A stretch of DNA of 64,000 nucleotides from Takakia lepidozioides (lineage: Eukaryota; Plantae; Bryophyta). Below, piece by piece: positions 23,745-37,165 of the stretch. Position numbers and translations under genes: made by a program. Numbering within the stretch: position 1 is the stretch's first letter; every line of letters begins with the position of its first letter. The notes under the pieces are model-generated. The model made no database searches. It was not told the origin of the DNA and worked only from the letters and a program-made list of their open reading frames with translations. Location: the NCBI GenBank assembly GCA_030704615.1, contig CM060734.1, positions 18,786,001-18,850,000 on the forward strand, read 5' to 3'.

Positions 23745-26700
23745 AGTTTGCACAGCCTTTCATGGGGGGTTTCTGGCACGTATCGATTTTGTTTTTGGCT
23801 CAATTTTGTTCTGCGGCTTCCATCATCCCACCGTTGCTCCCCCGCCAAAATTTGGACCAATAAAAAATGCCCCCAAAAAAAAATGTTCTCTTCGCTCACT
23901 ATTGCATAATTCTCTATGAAGAGTGCATGAACACAAATCAAGTTTGGAGTGCAAAACAAGGAAGAAACTGTGGTTTTAGGTCCAAATGAATTTTGATCGC
24001 TCCCAAATCTAGCACGCACGTTGCATATCTCTACAATACACGCCCTATTCAAAAAAGGAATGAAATAAAAATTGTGAGCACGCGAAACACAGTCCAACAA
24101 GTCCCAAAACAATATCAGATCCAACGGAATACATTCAACGGGTGAACGGATGGTTGCCCATCCAAATCATTTTTGTTTGCTTCCAAACTTTGCCAGTACG
24201 TTCGAGACACCCTCTCACAGGTCCCGGACTAATATGAGATCACTCAAAATTCATTCGATGGCTCAACGGATGGTTGGCCATGGAAATGATTTTGGTTCGC
24301 TTTGAGACTTGGCCACTATGTTCAATGTACCACGTAAGAGGCCCCAGAGTAATATGAGATCAATCGAAATTCGTTCGATTGTCCAATGAGGCATTCACAT
24401 ATAATCTTGGCTCAATTTTGTTCTGCGGCTCCCAGCATCCCACCGCTACTCCCACGCCAAAATTTGGACCAATCAAAAATGCCCCCAAAGAAAAATGTTC
24501 TCTTCGCTCACTATTGAAGAACTCTCTATGAAGAGTGCATGAAGTAGAACACAAATCAAGTTTGGAATGCAAAACAGGGAAGAAAATGTGGTTTTAGGTC
24601 CAAATGAATTTTGATCGCTCCCAAATCTGGCACGCACGTTGCATATGGCTACATTACACACCCCATTCAAAAACGGAATGAAAAAACAATCGTGAGCACG
24701 CGAAACACATTCCAACAGGTCCCAAGGCAATAGCAGATCCAACGGAATACATTCAACGGGTGAACGGATGGTTGCCCATCCAAATCATTTTTGTTTGCTT
24801 CCAAACTTTGCCAGTACGTTCGAGACACCCTCTCACAGGTGTCGGACTAATATGAGATCAATCGAAATTCATTCGATGGCTCAACGGATGGTTGGCCATG
24901 GAAATGATTTTGGTTCGCTTTGAGACTTGGCCACGATGTTCAATGTGCCATGTAAGAGGCCCCAGAGTAATATGAGATCAATCGAAATTCGTTCAATGGG
25001 CCAGCGGATGGTTGCCCATCCAAATGATTTTTCGTTGGCTTTGAAACTTGGCTAGTGTGTTCAATGTACCCTCTGATACGACCCAGTCTAATAGGAGATC
25101 ATTCGAAATTCGTTCGATTGTCCAATGAGGCGTTCACTTGTCATCTGGTTTTTGTTCAATGCGAAAAAGAAATCTTGCAATGCGTGCACGACTATTGCAC
25201 CCATTGAACGGATGTGGTTGAAGCCCCTCTTTTGCCCGCATGTGCTTGAACATGTGTGCGACACATGTGCGGAGACACAACAGACGAATAAATCATTTGC
25301 CTCCCCATGGACGCGCTCCCCCCTCAAGCTATTCCACAATTTAATTGAATTTAAATTTATTTTAAGCCAATAAATAGGTTTGCACTACCTTTCATTGGGG
25401 GTTTCTCGCACGTATCGATTTTGTTCTTGGCTCAATTTTGGTTCGATTGTCCAATGAGGCACTTGTCATCTGGTTTTTGTTCAATGCGAAAAAGAAATCC
25501 TGCAATGCGTGCACGACTATTGCACCCATTGAACGGATGTGGTTGAAGCCCCTCTTTTGCCCGCATGTGCTTGAACATGTGTGCGACACATGTGGGGAGA
25601 CACAACAAACGACTAAATCATTTGCCTCCCCATCGACGCGCTCTCCTTTCAAGCCATTCCACAATTTAATTGAATTTAAATTTATTTTCAGCCAATAAAT
25701 AGGTTTGCAGAGCCTTTCATGGGGGGTTTCTGGCACGTATCGATTTTTGTTTTTGGCTCAATTTTGTTCGGCGGCTTCCAGCATCCCACCGCTACTCCCC
25801 CGCCAAAATTTGGACCAATCAAAAAGTGTTCTCTTCGCACACTATTGTAGAATTCTCTATGAAGAGTGCATCAAGTAGAACACAAATCAAGTTTGGAGTG
25901 CAAAACATGGAAGAAACTGTGGTTTAGGGTCCAAATGAATTTTGATCGCTCCCAAATCTGGCACGCACGTTGCATATGGCTACATTACACGCCCCATCCA
26001 AAAACAGAATGAAAAAACAATCGTGAGCACGCGAAACACAGTCCAACAGGTCCCAAAGCAATAACAAATCCAACGGAATACATTCAACGGGTGTACGGAT
26101 GGTTGCCCATCCAAATCATTTTTGTTTGCTTCCAAACTTTGCCAGTACGTTCGAGACACCCTCTCACAAGTGTCGGACTAATATGAGATCAATCGAAATT
26201 CATTCGATGGCTCAACGGATGGTTGGCCATGGAAATGATTTTGGTTCGCTTTGAGACTTGGCCACAATGTTCAATGTGCCATGTAAGAGGTCCCAGAGTA
26301 ATATGAGATCAATCGAAATTCGTTCAATGGGCCAGCAGATGGTTGCCCATCCAAATGATTTTTCGTTGACTTTGAAACTTGGCCAGTGTGTTCAATGTAC
26401 CCTCTGATACGACCCAGTCTAATAGGAGATCATTCGAAATTCAATCGATTGTCCAATGAGGCGTTCACTTGTCATCTGGTTTTTGTTCAATGCGAAAAAG
26501 AAATCTTGTAATGCGTGCACGACTATTGCACCAATTGAACGGATGTGGTTGAAGCCCCTCTTTTGCCCGCATGTGCTTGAACATGTGTGCGACACATGTG
26601 GGGAGACACAACAAACGACTAAATCATTTGCCTCCCCATCGACGTGCTCCCCCTTCAAGCCATTCCACAATTTAATTGGATTTTAATTTATTTTCAGCCA

Positions 26701-29700
26701 ATAAATAGGTTTGCAGAGCCTTTCATGGGGGGTTTCTGGCACGTATCGATTTTTGTTTTTGGCTCAATTTTGTTCGGCGGCTTCCAGCATCCCACCGCTA
26801 CTCCCCTGCCAAAATTTGGACCAATCAAAAAGTGTTCTCTTCGCTCACTATTGCATAATTCTTTATGAAGAGTGCATGAAGTAGAATACAAATCAAGTTT
26901 GGAGTGCAAAACAGGGAAGAAACTGTGGTTTTAGGTCCAAATGAATTTTGATCGCTCCCAAATCTAGCACGCACGTTGCATATGTCTACATTACACGCCC
27001 CATTCAAAAACGGAATGAAATAAAAATCGTGAGCACGCGAAACACAGTCCAACAAGTCCCAAAGCAATAGCAGATCCAACGGAATACATTCAACGGATGA
27101 ACGGATGGTTGCCCATCCAAATCATTTTTGTTTGCTTCCAAACTTTGCCAGTACGTTCGAGACACCCTCTCACAGGTTCTCGGACTAATATGAGATCAAT
27201 CGAAATTTATTCGATGGCTCAACGGATGGTTGGCCATGGAAATGATTTTGGTTCGCTTTGAGACTTGGCCATTATGTTCAATGTGCCATGTAAGAGGCCC
27301 CAGAGTAATATGAGATCAATCGAAATTCGTTCAATGGGCCAACGGATGGTTGCCCATCCAAATGATTTTCGTTTGCTTTGAAATTTGGCTAGTGTGTTCA
27401 ATGTACCCTCTGATACGTCCCAGTCTAATACGAGGTCAATCAAAATTCTTTCGATTGTCCAATGAGGCGTTCACTTGTAATCTTGGCTCAATTTTGTTCT
27501 GCGGCTTCTAGCATCCCACCGCTACTCCCCCCGCAAAAAATTGGACCCATAAAAAATGCCCCCCAAAAAAAGTGTTCTCTTCGCTCAGTATTGCAGAACT
27601 CTCTCTGAAGAGTGCATGGAGTAGAACACAAATCAAGTTCGGAGTGCAAAACAAGGAAGAAACTGTGGTTTTGGGTCCAAATGAATTTTGATCGCTCCCA
27701 AATCCGGCACGCACGTTGCATATGGCTACATTACACGCCTCATTCAAAAAGGGAATGGAAGAACAATCGCGAGCACGCGAAACACAGTCCCACAGGTCCC
27801 AAAACAATAACAGATCCAACGGAATACATTCAACAGGTGAACGGACAGGTCCCAAAACAATAACAGATCCAACGGAATACATTCAACAGGTGAACGGATG
27901 GTTGCCCATCCAAATCATTTTTGTTTGCTTCCAAATTTTGCCAGTACGTTCGAGACACCCTCTCACAGGTTCTCGGACTAATATGAGAACAATCGAAATT
28001 TATTCGATGGCTCAACGGATGGTTGGCCATCGAAATGATTTTGGTTCGCTTTGAGACTTGGCCACTTTGTTCAATGTGCCATGTAAGAGGCCCCAGAGTA
28101 ATATGAGATCAATCGAAATTCGTTCACTGGGCCAACGGATGGTTGCCCATCCAAATGATTTTTCATTGGCTTTGAAACTTGGCCAGGGTGTTCAATGTAC
28201 CCTCTGATACGTCCCAATCTAATAGGAGATCATTCGAAATTCAATCGATTGTCCAATGAGACGTTCACTTGTCATCTGGTTTTTGTTCAATGCAAAAAAG
28301 AAATCTTGCAATGCGTGCACGACTATTGCACCCATTGAACGGATGTGGTTGAAGCCCCTCTTTTGCCCCCATGTGCTTGAACATGTGTGCGACACAAGTG
28401 CGGAGACACAACAGACGAATAAATCATTTGCCTCCCCATGGACGCGCTCCCCCCTCAAGCCATTCCCCAATTTAATTGGATTTTAATTTATTTTAAGCCA
28501 ATAAATAGGTTTGCACTGCCTTTCATTGGGGGTTTCTCGCACGTATCGATTTTGTTCTTGGCTCAATTTTGGTTCGATTGTCCAATGAGGCGTTCACTTG
28601 TCATCTGGTTTTTGTTCAATGCGAAAAAGAAATCCTGCAATGCGTGCACGACTATTGCACCAATTGAACGGATGTGGTTGAAGCCCCTCTTTTGCCCGCA
28701 TGTGCTTGAACATGTGTGCGACACATGTGGGGAGACACAACAAACGACTAAATCATTTACCTCCCCATCGACGTGCTCCCCCTTCAAGCCATTCCACAAT
28801 TTAATTGAATTTAAATTTATTTTCAGCCAATAAATAGGTTTGCAGAGCCTTTCATGGGGGGTTTCTGGCACGTATCGATTTTTGTTTTTGGCTCAATTTT
28901 GTTCGGCGGCTTCCAGCATCCCACCGCTACTCCCCCGCCAAAATTTGGACCAATCAAAAAGTGTTCTCTTCGCACACTATTGCAAAATTCTCTATGAAGA
29001 GTGCATGAAGTAGAATACAAATCAAGTTTGGAGTGCAAAACAGGGAAGAAACTGTGGTTTTAGGTCCAAATGAATTTTGATCGCTCCCAAATCTAGCACG
29101 CACGTTGCATATGTCTACATTACACGCCCCATTCAAAAACGGAATGAAATAAAAATCGTGAGCACGCGAAACACAGTCCAACAAGTCCCAAAGCAATAGC
29201 AGATCCAACGGAATACATTCAACGGATGAACGGATGGTTGCCCATCCAAATCATTTTTGTTTGCCTCCAAACTTTGCCAGTACGTTCGAGACACCCTCTC
29301 ACAGGTTCTCGGACTAATATGAGATCAATCAAAAATTTATTCGATGGCTCAACGGATGGTTGGCCATGGAAATGATTTTGGTTCGCTTTGAGACTTGGCC
29401 ATTATGTTCAATGTGCCATGTAAGAGGCCCCAGAGTAATATGAGATCAATCGAAATTCGTTCAATGGGCCAACGGATGGTTGCCCATCCAAATGATTTTC
29501 GTTTGCTTTGAAACTTGGCTAGTGTGTTCAATGTACCCTCTGATACGTCCCAGTCTAATACGAGGTCAATCAAAATTTGTTCGATTGTCCAATGAGGCGT
29601 TCACTTGTAATCTTGGCTCAATTTTGTTCTGCGGCTTCTAGCATCCCACCGCTACTCCCCCGCAAAAAATTGGACCCATCAAAAATGCCCCAAAAAAAAA

Positions 29701-29920
29701 GTGTTCTCTTCGCTCAGTATTGCAGAACTCTCTCTGAAGAGTGCATGGAGTAGAACACAAATCAAGTTCGGAGTGCAAAACAAGGAAGAAACTGTGGTTT
29801 TGGGTCCAAATGAATTTTGATCGCTCCCAAATCCGGCACGCATATTGCATATGGCTACATTACACGCCCCATTCAAAAACGGAATGAAAAAACAATCGTG
29901 AACACGCGAAACACAGTCCA
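23745..29920. repeat. Modular higher-order tandem array, about 6.2 kb
   Basis: Module A (~350 bp) starts at 23797, 24409, 25755, 26761, 27485, 28890 and 29615. Subunit B (~120 bp, core AACGGATGGTTG(C/G)CCAT) occurs in runs of 2-3. Module C (~300 bp) starts at 25135, 25460, 26466, 28266 and 28595. Near-identical ORF-track peptides recur at an offset of 2129-2130 bp. Confidence 0.95.
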
Positions 29921-30763
29921 AATCGTCCTCCCTATCCGACCTCATATGTCCAGGCCTTTGAATCTGTAAGCGACCTCGAACCACATTTAGTTCTCTCTGA
30001 GGTCAACTCCCACTCCGGTCTTGAATACCTTCCACGGTATCTGGCCTGTTTGTGGGCCGATCGCCTACAAAAGGTTGGACTGTTCTCTGTCGTTTATGGA
30101 ATTGGGACGCAATCGAAGGTGGTCTCGAAGGATGTACCGGAGGGGGTCTGCCCGAGATGGACCGGCATTAGATGGTCCGGCATGTGAGGAATCACGGGTC
30201 TATTACGCAACACGTCGGTTAAGGTGGAATTATAGTGGCAGGGTGTCATCATCCGAGGCTTCAACTTCTGCCCGGTCCAATGCAGCAGAATGATGCGTGC
30301 GTGTGGAAAACAGATCAACCCTGTTGTTCCTTAATGCCCGTTGTGTTGATGGGGAGCTAGATCGGTTTTGGCATTGTGGTGGAGCTGGTCGTATCGGTGA
30401 TGCATGATCCCGTCCCGTCGACTGTACAATGGGTTCGACACCATCGTTTGTATGAACAGGGTTGCGTACGTCGATCGGTCCTGGAAGTACATCACCCCTA
30501 AGCTCCATTGGGGCACTACCGGTGGCTTCAGCGTGTAGTGGGGGGCGAGGGTCGACCCCAACTTCATTTTGAGGACCATGCTCTGGGGATGACACAATTG
30601 CAGCTTCACCTTCATCTGCGATACGCACTTCTTCAAGAAGGTCATCAAAGGTCGGCTGGATATAAACATCATCCTTTGTGAATGTAAACGGGTCATACGC
30701 ATTTTCGGGAGCATCATCGGATCCATCTTCATTATCGGAGGCAGATGATTTCCTCTGAGATGA

Positions 30764-32790
30764 TTATCTGTGAGACTCAGTATCGTCACTCATCGAATCA
30801 ACCTCAGAAGCAGAGTCTTTGGAATGCAAATTCCTCTCATACCATGCTGCAACATCATCCGCTGCCCTCTCGCGTAGCGGTCGGCAATTGATATACACAT
30901 ACACCAATTTGTCAGCCCTCGCATGATTCAACCTGTTACGTTTCTTGTTATGAACAAATGAGTAACTGCTCCAATTGCGTTCGCAAGATAAGGCAGAACA
31001 CACTTGAGCAAGAATACGCTTCGCAATGGAAGCCAATGTTCTTGCTCCAGTTCCAATCAGATCCCACCATTCATGTGACAACATATTGAGTTTTTTTGGA
31101 TCCTGCATGTCCTCAAAAGGGTCGCGGCGATCTGAGAAGCATTGGTACTCGGATATAGCTCTCTCTACATAGTTCGGCGGAGCCAGTCGCATAAGCACTC
31201 GCACGAGGCCGGCCTTGACATCAGCGTCGTCTCGGAGCATGGTATTGTCGAGCAAGAATGGATTGAGCAAAGCATCCGCATAATGCAAGTCTGTTCGAAC
31301 CATCGAACGACGGTCGTAAAATGCATCCTCAGTACTGTCCGCAAGTTCAGGATCCAAGGAGAAGGGAAGATGCCTCAATGATTGGACGTGCTTCTTAAGA
31401 TTTTGCATTAGTAACCATGCCTTGCCCATTACTGGTTGCTTTCCATTAAACTCCCGCAAGACGATTAACACTGGCTCTACCATATAAACAAAGTTTTCAC
31501 ATTTCTTCCAGAAATCATCGCTGCAAATGTTATTTCGAACTTTTCGACTTTTGCCCAATGACTTGGCTTTTCTGGAGTCCCGCAATGTCCGTGTGTACGC
31601 ATCCCATTGAGGATCAATGATGGTGTGCTCCAGACTGCTCTTCACCATCACCAACCGATCCACCATCAAGAAGTTAGTAGCAAAACGAGTTTCGCCTGGA
31701 TTGCGGAGGCTGTATTTGGGTTCGTGCCTCCTATATATTGCCAAAGAGATGTGGTGTATGCGGATGAACGACACAACAGTCTTTGCTTGCTTGACCAGTT
31801 GTTTCACCCACTGTTCTTTTTCCCAATCTTCCAAAATGAGGTCAAAGATATGAGCAGCACAACCTTGATAGTACATATAGGGATAATGTGCCAACAACAT
31901 GTCTGCAGTGTTTCTCATGTTAGCGGCATTGTCTGTGCATATTTGCACGTTTCTATCACTTCCGACCTGTTCGATGAAGTCCATCAATAGTTGGCATTGA
32001 TAACGTCCATCTTTCTTCTCACCGCTAATGTCGACCGATCCCAAGAATTGTTCCTCAGCTGGACATACGAGCATGACATTGAACAACGGTTTGTTTGTAA
32101 CAGAACTCCAACCATCGGCACATATATTGCTTCCATATTTTCTGATGCACTCGCCCGTCCTATCGTTGACCTTTTGGGTAAGCTCGGTCATGGCGTCTTC
32201 TAGCAATCCTGTGCAGAGATTGTGATAAGTCGGAGGCACGTACGCGAATCTAGACTCCGAGGTTGCGCTAACGGCAGAAACAAATGCCGGAAGCCTTGCC
32301 ACATTAAATGGTATATTGGTCTCGAAGAAAAACTGCGCCCATTTTTTATTCAACTGTCTTTTCGCAGACAAGTTAAGACCTTCCTGCATGGATTGCTGCC
32401 GTAATCCTCTACTCTGTTGAAGTGTAGGGGTACAAAGAGGTGTTGAAGCAGGTGTTGCTCCGGCACAACCCACTTGTCCAAGGATACCCAAAGCCTCACA
32501 AGAGTCGCCCTGGGTACTGATCGGGGCATCCTGACAGGAAGATGAAGTGTTCTGCTCAGAGGTCATATCCAGATCCAAAGACATTGAAATATTGTCTCCA
32601 CACTGGGCAAAGTGGCTTTTTACCCGCATAGATGCTTTAGGGCATAAACCCACCCCAACACTCTTCACACCTTTATAGCCGAGGTGAGCGAAAAACCGAT
32701 CCTTACGATAAGTAAGCTTTAATCCACATAGGTTGCACTCAACACTACCAATGACACTGACAGTGTTCAGGATTGCCGTGTACCAAGGGC
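30764..32790 (-). CDS. hAT-superfamily transposase (BED finger, DUF659-like core, C-terminal dimerisation domain), probably defective at the N-terminus
   Basis: 634-aa ORF with CADGWS, TDNAAN, CAAH, ETRFAT and SALSCERNWS...RNRL motifs. The same frame extends upstream through a BED-like finger (PWY...ECNLCG...HLG...LCPK) to a TGA near 32792 in MREK*SPW. Confidence 0.92.
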
Positions 32791-33189
32791 TTCATTTCTC
32801 CCTCATCTTCACCCAATATCCACTCCCCTGGGACCTAGCGATGTAAGCAACAAAGAACAGTCACCTATAAATGAACGTGTTGTGAATGTAGAGTGCAATG
32901 CGAAAGCCCAACACTTGTACACCTGTCAGCAACCCAAGCGGATCGATGTGGGTTGTAGTGTTGAGTTTATACACAATCTGCTGAATGGCTTTGGTGGAAA
33001 CCACAACGGCAAAAGGTGCGTACCCTCCTCTTGGGCTACATTCTCGTTCAATGGAAGAGAACATCCAAAGCAACCTCAAGTGTTTGCGCCAAAAGAAGTG
33101 AAGAGCTTGGTGACCCTCCTCCCTTATATATGATCCAAGAAGGATGAAAGTGAAATGAAAGTGAAATGAATTAATGACAAACCAATAGC

Positions 33190-33955
33190 GCCCACCCGAA
33201 AAAGGTTGTACAACCGCCACTACTGCAGTCGCTTTTATTTTCTTTCATTTTGTGTAATATTGCAGTCACTTCTATTTTGTATATTTTTAAATTTAAGCGA
33301 CCGTCCGTATGACGGTCGCTATTGTTTTTTATTTTAAAATATAATGCGACTGCCGGTATGGCGGTCGCTTCATTTGTTAATATATTTAAAATAAGGTCCA
33401 TTTTAATCTTTATATTTTCAAGTTTAAGCGACCTCCAGACTGGCGGTCGCTTAAACTTAATATATATTTTAAAATTGACGTGACAGCCGATTTGGTGGTC
33501 GCAAATATTGTTTTGTTTTAAAACAAGCGACCACCGGTGTGGCGGTCGCTTGTTCTGTACATATTTACAAAATTGTACGACCGCCAATACGACAGTCGCT
33601 TGTTTTCTTTTTTAAATTAGGCGACCGCCAATGCGACCGTCAATCTTGTTTTAAAAAAAATAAAAATTGAAGCGACCGCCAAGATAACGGTCGCTATTTG
33701 TTTTTTCAATTCGAAAAATAAAGCGACCGCCAGTGCGTCCGCCAATCTTGCTTTAAAAATAAATAAAATTGAAGCGACCGCCAATATGGCGGTCGCTATT
33801 TCTCTTTCTATTTCGAAAAATAAAGCGACCGCCAGTGCGACCGCCGATCTTGCTTTTATTTTTTTATTTTTTTTGAAGCGATCGCCAATACGCGGTCACT
33901 ATTTCTTTTTTAATTTCGAAAAACAAAGCGACCGCCATAATTGGTGGTCGCGTTC
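33190..33955. repeat. Subterminal GCGACCGCC/GGCGGTCGC motif array of the hAT element
   Basis: About 25-30 variant copies in both orientations, often as inverted pairs, separated by A/T runs. Confidence 0.85.
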
Positions 33956-34143
33956 ATTTTGTTAATTTTCAAAATGTATTTGCCACCGCCACTGTGTCGG
34001 CGACGTGGCTGCTTAAGTGACAGTATTTTACCTAATACTATTTTTACCAGAATATTCCCCGAACCTGACGTGACGGAGGTCTCGTCAGCATCAGGTCTGA
34101 CGTGACCTGACGCTGACGGACGGACGTGGCGCTGATAACCGGG

Positions 34144-34258
34144 GCTCATATATCTTACTAACACGAGACCTAACATCTCCTATTCTATGGGTGTCGTTAG
34201 CCGCTTCATGAATAACCCGCAAACACCTCATATAGAAGCAATTAAGCACATATTTAGA
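34144..34258 (+). pseudogene. Short copia reverse-transcriptase fragment
   Basis: Translates LIYLTNTRPNISYSMGVVSRFMNNPQTPHIEAIKHIFR, the conserved late-RT segment of copia elements. Confidence 0.85.
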
Positions 34259-36833
34259 GAACTTGGGGTTCTCTTCAAGAAAGTGAGAACACATCAAGAG
34301 TCTCTGTCTGCTAATTCTCTTAACTGCAAGTTGAATAGTTCAAAAGTCTGCCTCTTCATCCAACCTTTAACCTAAGTTACTAAGTCACATCTATCCCAAG
34401 AAGGGTCATTTCATGTCAAAAGCTCAAGCATAACTATGCCGAAGCTAAAAACATCACATTTTACAGTGAGCCTGAGAGTGCTCTAGTATTCAGGTGCTAT
34501 GTAAGCTCTGGTGCCTACATTCTTATACTATTAGCAGAAGATGGACTAGTTGTAATTTACTGTGACTGTAATTTATTACGATTGAGAACACCTGTTGGAG
34601 TGTAAACTTTGAATATCAAAAAGTTGTTGCTGTAGGATCCAACCAACCTCGCAACCCTTCACACTCACATTAACCCTTGCTGAAGTCGTTAGTATTGGAC
34701 AGTAGGTAGTCGCTCAAATGCCAACCAAATGACAAATTAAGCATGCAAAAGCTTTATAGGTATATGATTCTAGACAACCCCTCTGTTTTGTATATAACTG
34801 AGCATGTAAGACAATCAAGTTTCAAAAACATGATGTCATAAAACACTTTAGTTTTCGCTTCTAGACAGTTAGTTATCAAATTTAGGTTTGTGATATGTTG
34901 CTCCAAAACGTTGGGGTCAAAGCATGCTACGATCCACCCAAAATGGACGTCACAAGCTCTCTGCGAATGCAGTGCCACATAGAAGGATTGACATGGATGT
35001 CGAGATAAGTGCATTTTGAAAGTTTAGACATGAATAATTGATCCTTATTCTGTGTTGAAAACAACGGTGGTTTTTTTTTGGAATCCATGGAGATTTTAGC
35101 ATTGAATGAAGTCCAAACGTAAAAGTATATATGATGTCCAAAGTAAGGTTGTGGACTATATGGAATCAAAAGGAGTGGTGAAAGACTTCAATTCACATAG
35201 GGATTTTATTGTCCAGTAGGAAGGTGACCGTTATACGTGGAAACCACAATGTAGCCCTAAAAATTAGTTTAGGAGATATGTGAGAAAATTTCAAAATCTA
35301 TCATTTTATCTTGGAACATCCTAATTCATTAGACCTTCTTCCACTCATTTTCTTGCTATGGTCCTTTCATAAGAAGTGTAGCTGTAAACACTCCCTAGGG
35401 CACTGCACAATGATATGGAGGTTTTTATGAAGGAATGAACTGCTTGATGATTTTTCATGAAGAGGGTTACATTGGTATATATTTTGGAAAAATCTAGAAA
35501 ATAATGTAACGTTCACATAAGGGCAAAGGGGTTGTAGGAGACACTAAAGGTTGCTACGTATGCCATTTTGGTGAAAAAATCTAAGTCATTCGAGCCGCCT
35601 ACCGTGAGATATGGACTGCGCGGCTGCGTCCGCCATGGAAGCTGCATGAAAAGCTTCAAGACAACAGTCTCGCACATGGAGTGTGCGAGACGGCGGGTCA
35701 CCCGTCGCCGGGTGGTCTGTCAACGTAGATTTTCAAAATGGCTGCGTGTCATACATCTTTGCTCTAATGGCTTAACATTCTATTCGTGTTCTGTCGATCT
35801 TATTTCTCATATTTTTGAGTGTGTAGAGATAGCCGTGCATGATATGCTTTCAGTTGTTATGTAATGCAGTAGAGCGCACAACAGCCTGGAACACGTTGGA
35901 TACAGGGTGCGACACGGGCAGTATCTGCGTGCAACCTCGCCATTTCCTCCAGCATTCGGGTGTTTGGTTTTGCTCTTGTCGTACTCACTACGCACGCACA
36001 TTCTTTTGTCTATGTTGCTCACCTGAGTTCGAAGGAAGTGCCCTGTGTAGTATTTATGTGATACATGTGTGAGTTTTGGAGGTTGCAATCTTTGTATAGT
36101 GATAACTAGCTGTAAGTGGTATTGTGTTTGCGTTTGTGAGGGTCACAATCTGAACCATATCAGCCCCATCTACTAGCTCAAGTCTTGGGTACGCAAGCTG
36201 CTTGTAGGCTGCATGCACTTCAATCGCAGCCACTTCCTGCCGATTACCTCCATCTAGAATAATGTTAATCTTCCCTCAGATTGAACATGAGTCAGAGGAT
36301 GTACTATGTGTTGGTTTGGATAGGTTGTCTGTCCAGGGCTCCCGCCATCATAGCAATCTCATGCCTTATCGTGATCGTCCTATTTTTGAGTGGGAACCCC
36401 TACCGGCATATTGCATTGACTGCCCTATAGCAGGAGACTTGATTATATACAGGGTCCCTCTCAAGGTGCATCCTTGGGGGTTCAAAATGATGTCGTATTG
36501 TGATGATATGCGATTTTCCAAATTCAAAGATTGGACCATGTGTGTGAGGCGAAGAGAACAGGTTATAGTGACATACATAAGTATAGGTGGGTGGTGGCTG
36601 GAATTGCAGAGCGAGGAACACCGAAGGTTCATTTCTGTGGATGATTGTTTGCTAACAGATATAGTCTCATCCTTGAGATTACGTCATGTTTTGGGGGTGG
36701 CCCACCAAAATGGCTCCGGGGGCTTAGGGGTTAACATTACAAAATGACACTTACACAATATCCACTTCTTTTACACGCGCAGTTGGAGTCATAAGCTCAA
36801 TACCATATAGGGGGAAGAGGCAACAACCAGCAT

Positions 36834-37165
36834 GTAGCCCAGTAGTAATGGGCACATACCACGTTGGATGTGGTTGTGGGTTCAAACCACGGTCTGGTGT
36901 GTCATGAAGGTGTCCACCTTTCAGCTGGAAGAAGGCTCTTATTTATGCTAGCTTCGGTTTGGTGTCATATATATATATATACTTGCAAAACATCTAATAG
37001 AGATACAACTAGCACATGGCCAATCTTGTCTCACAATAACAACGTCCATCTTAAGTCTAGAAACGCTAAATATATATAATGTTGTATTGGTGGTTTGTGG
37101 GTTCAATCCACCGATTGGTGTCACATAGGTGGCCACCTTCCTGCTGGAAGGCCGTAGCCCTTCCT
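36834..37165 (+). other. Two copies of a tRNA-derived SINE-like sequence
   Basis: TAGCCCAGTAG...GTGGGTTCAAACCAC...GGTGTCCACCTTTCAGCTGGAAG (36834-36932) and a second copy GTGGGTTCAATCCAC...GGTGGCCACCTTCCTGCTGGAAG (~37095-37150). Confidence 0.55.

Larger units (their letters stand above)
29921..34143 (-). mobile_element. hAT DNA transposon, one end apparently lost
   Basis: Transposase ORF, an AT-rich subterminal array of GCGACCGCC motifs (33190-33950) and a candidate terminus CCCGGTTATCAGCG (minus) near 34143 where an unrelated copia fragment begins. The other side abuts the tandem array with no visible TIR. Confidence 0.7.

Noticed and set aside
23745-29920. CRISPR-like array or tandem gene cluster suggested by recurring short ORFs
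   Set aside because: The spacers are themselves repeats, there are no cas genes, the context is a plant genome, and the ORFs appear on both strands and break differently in each copy.
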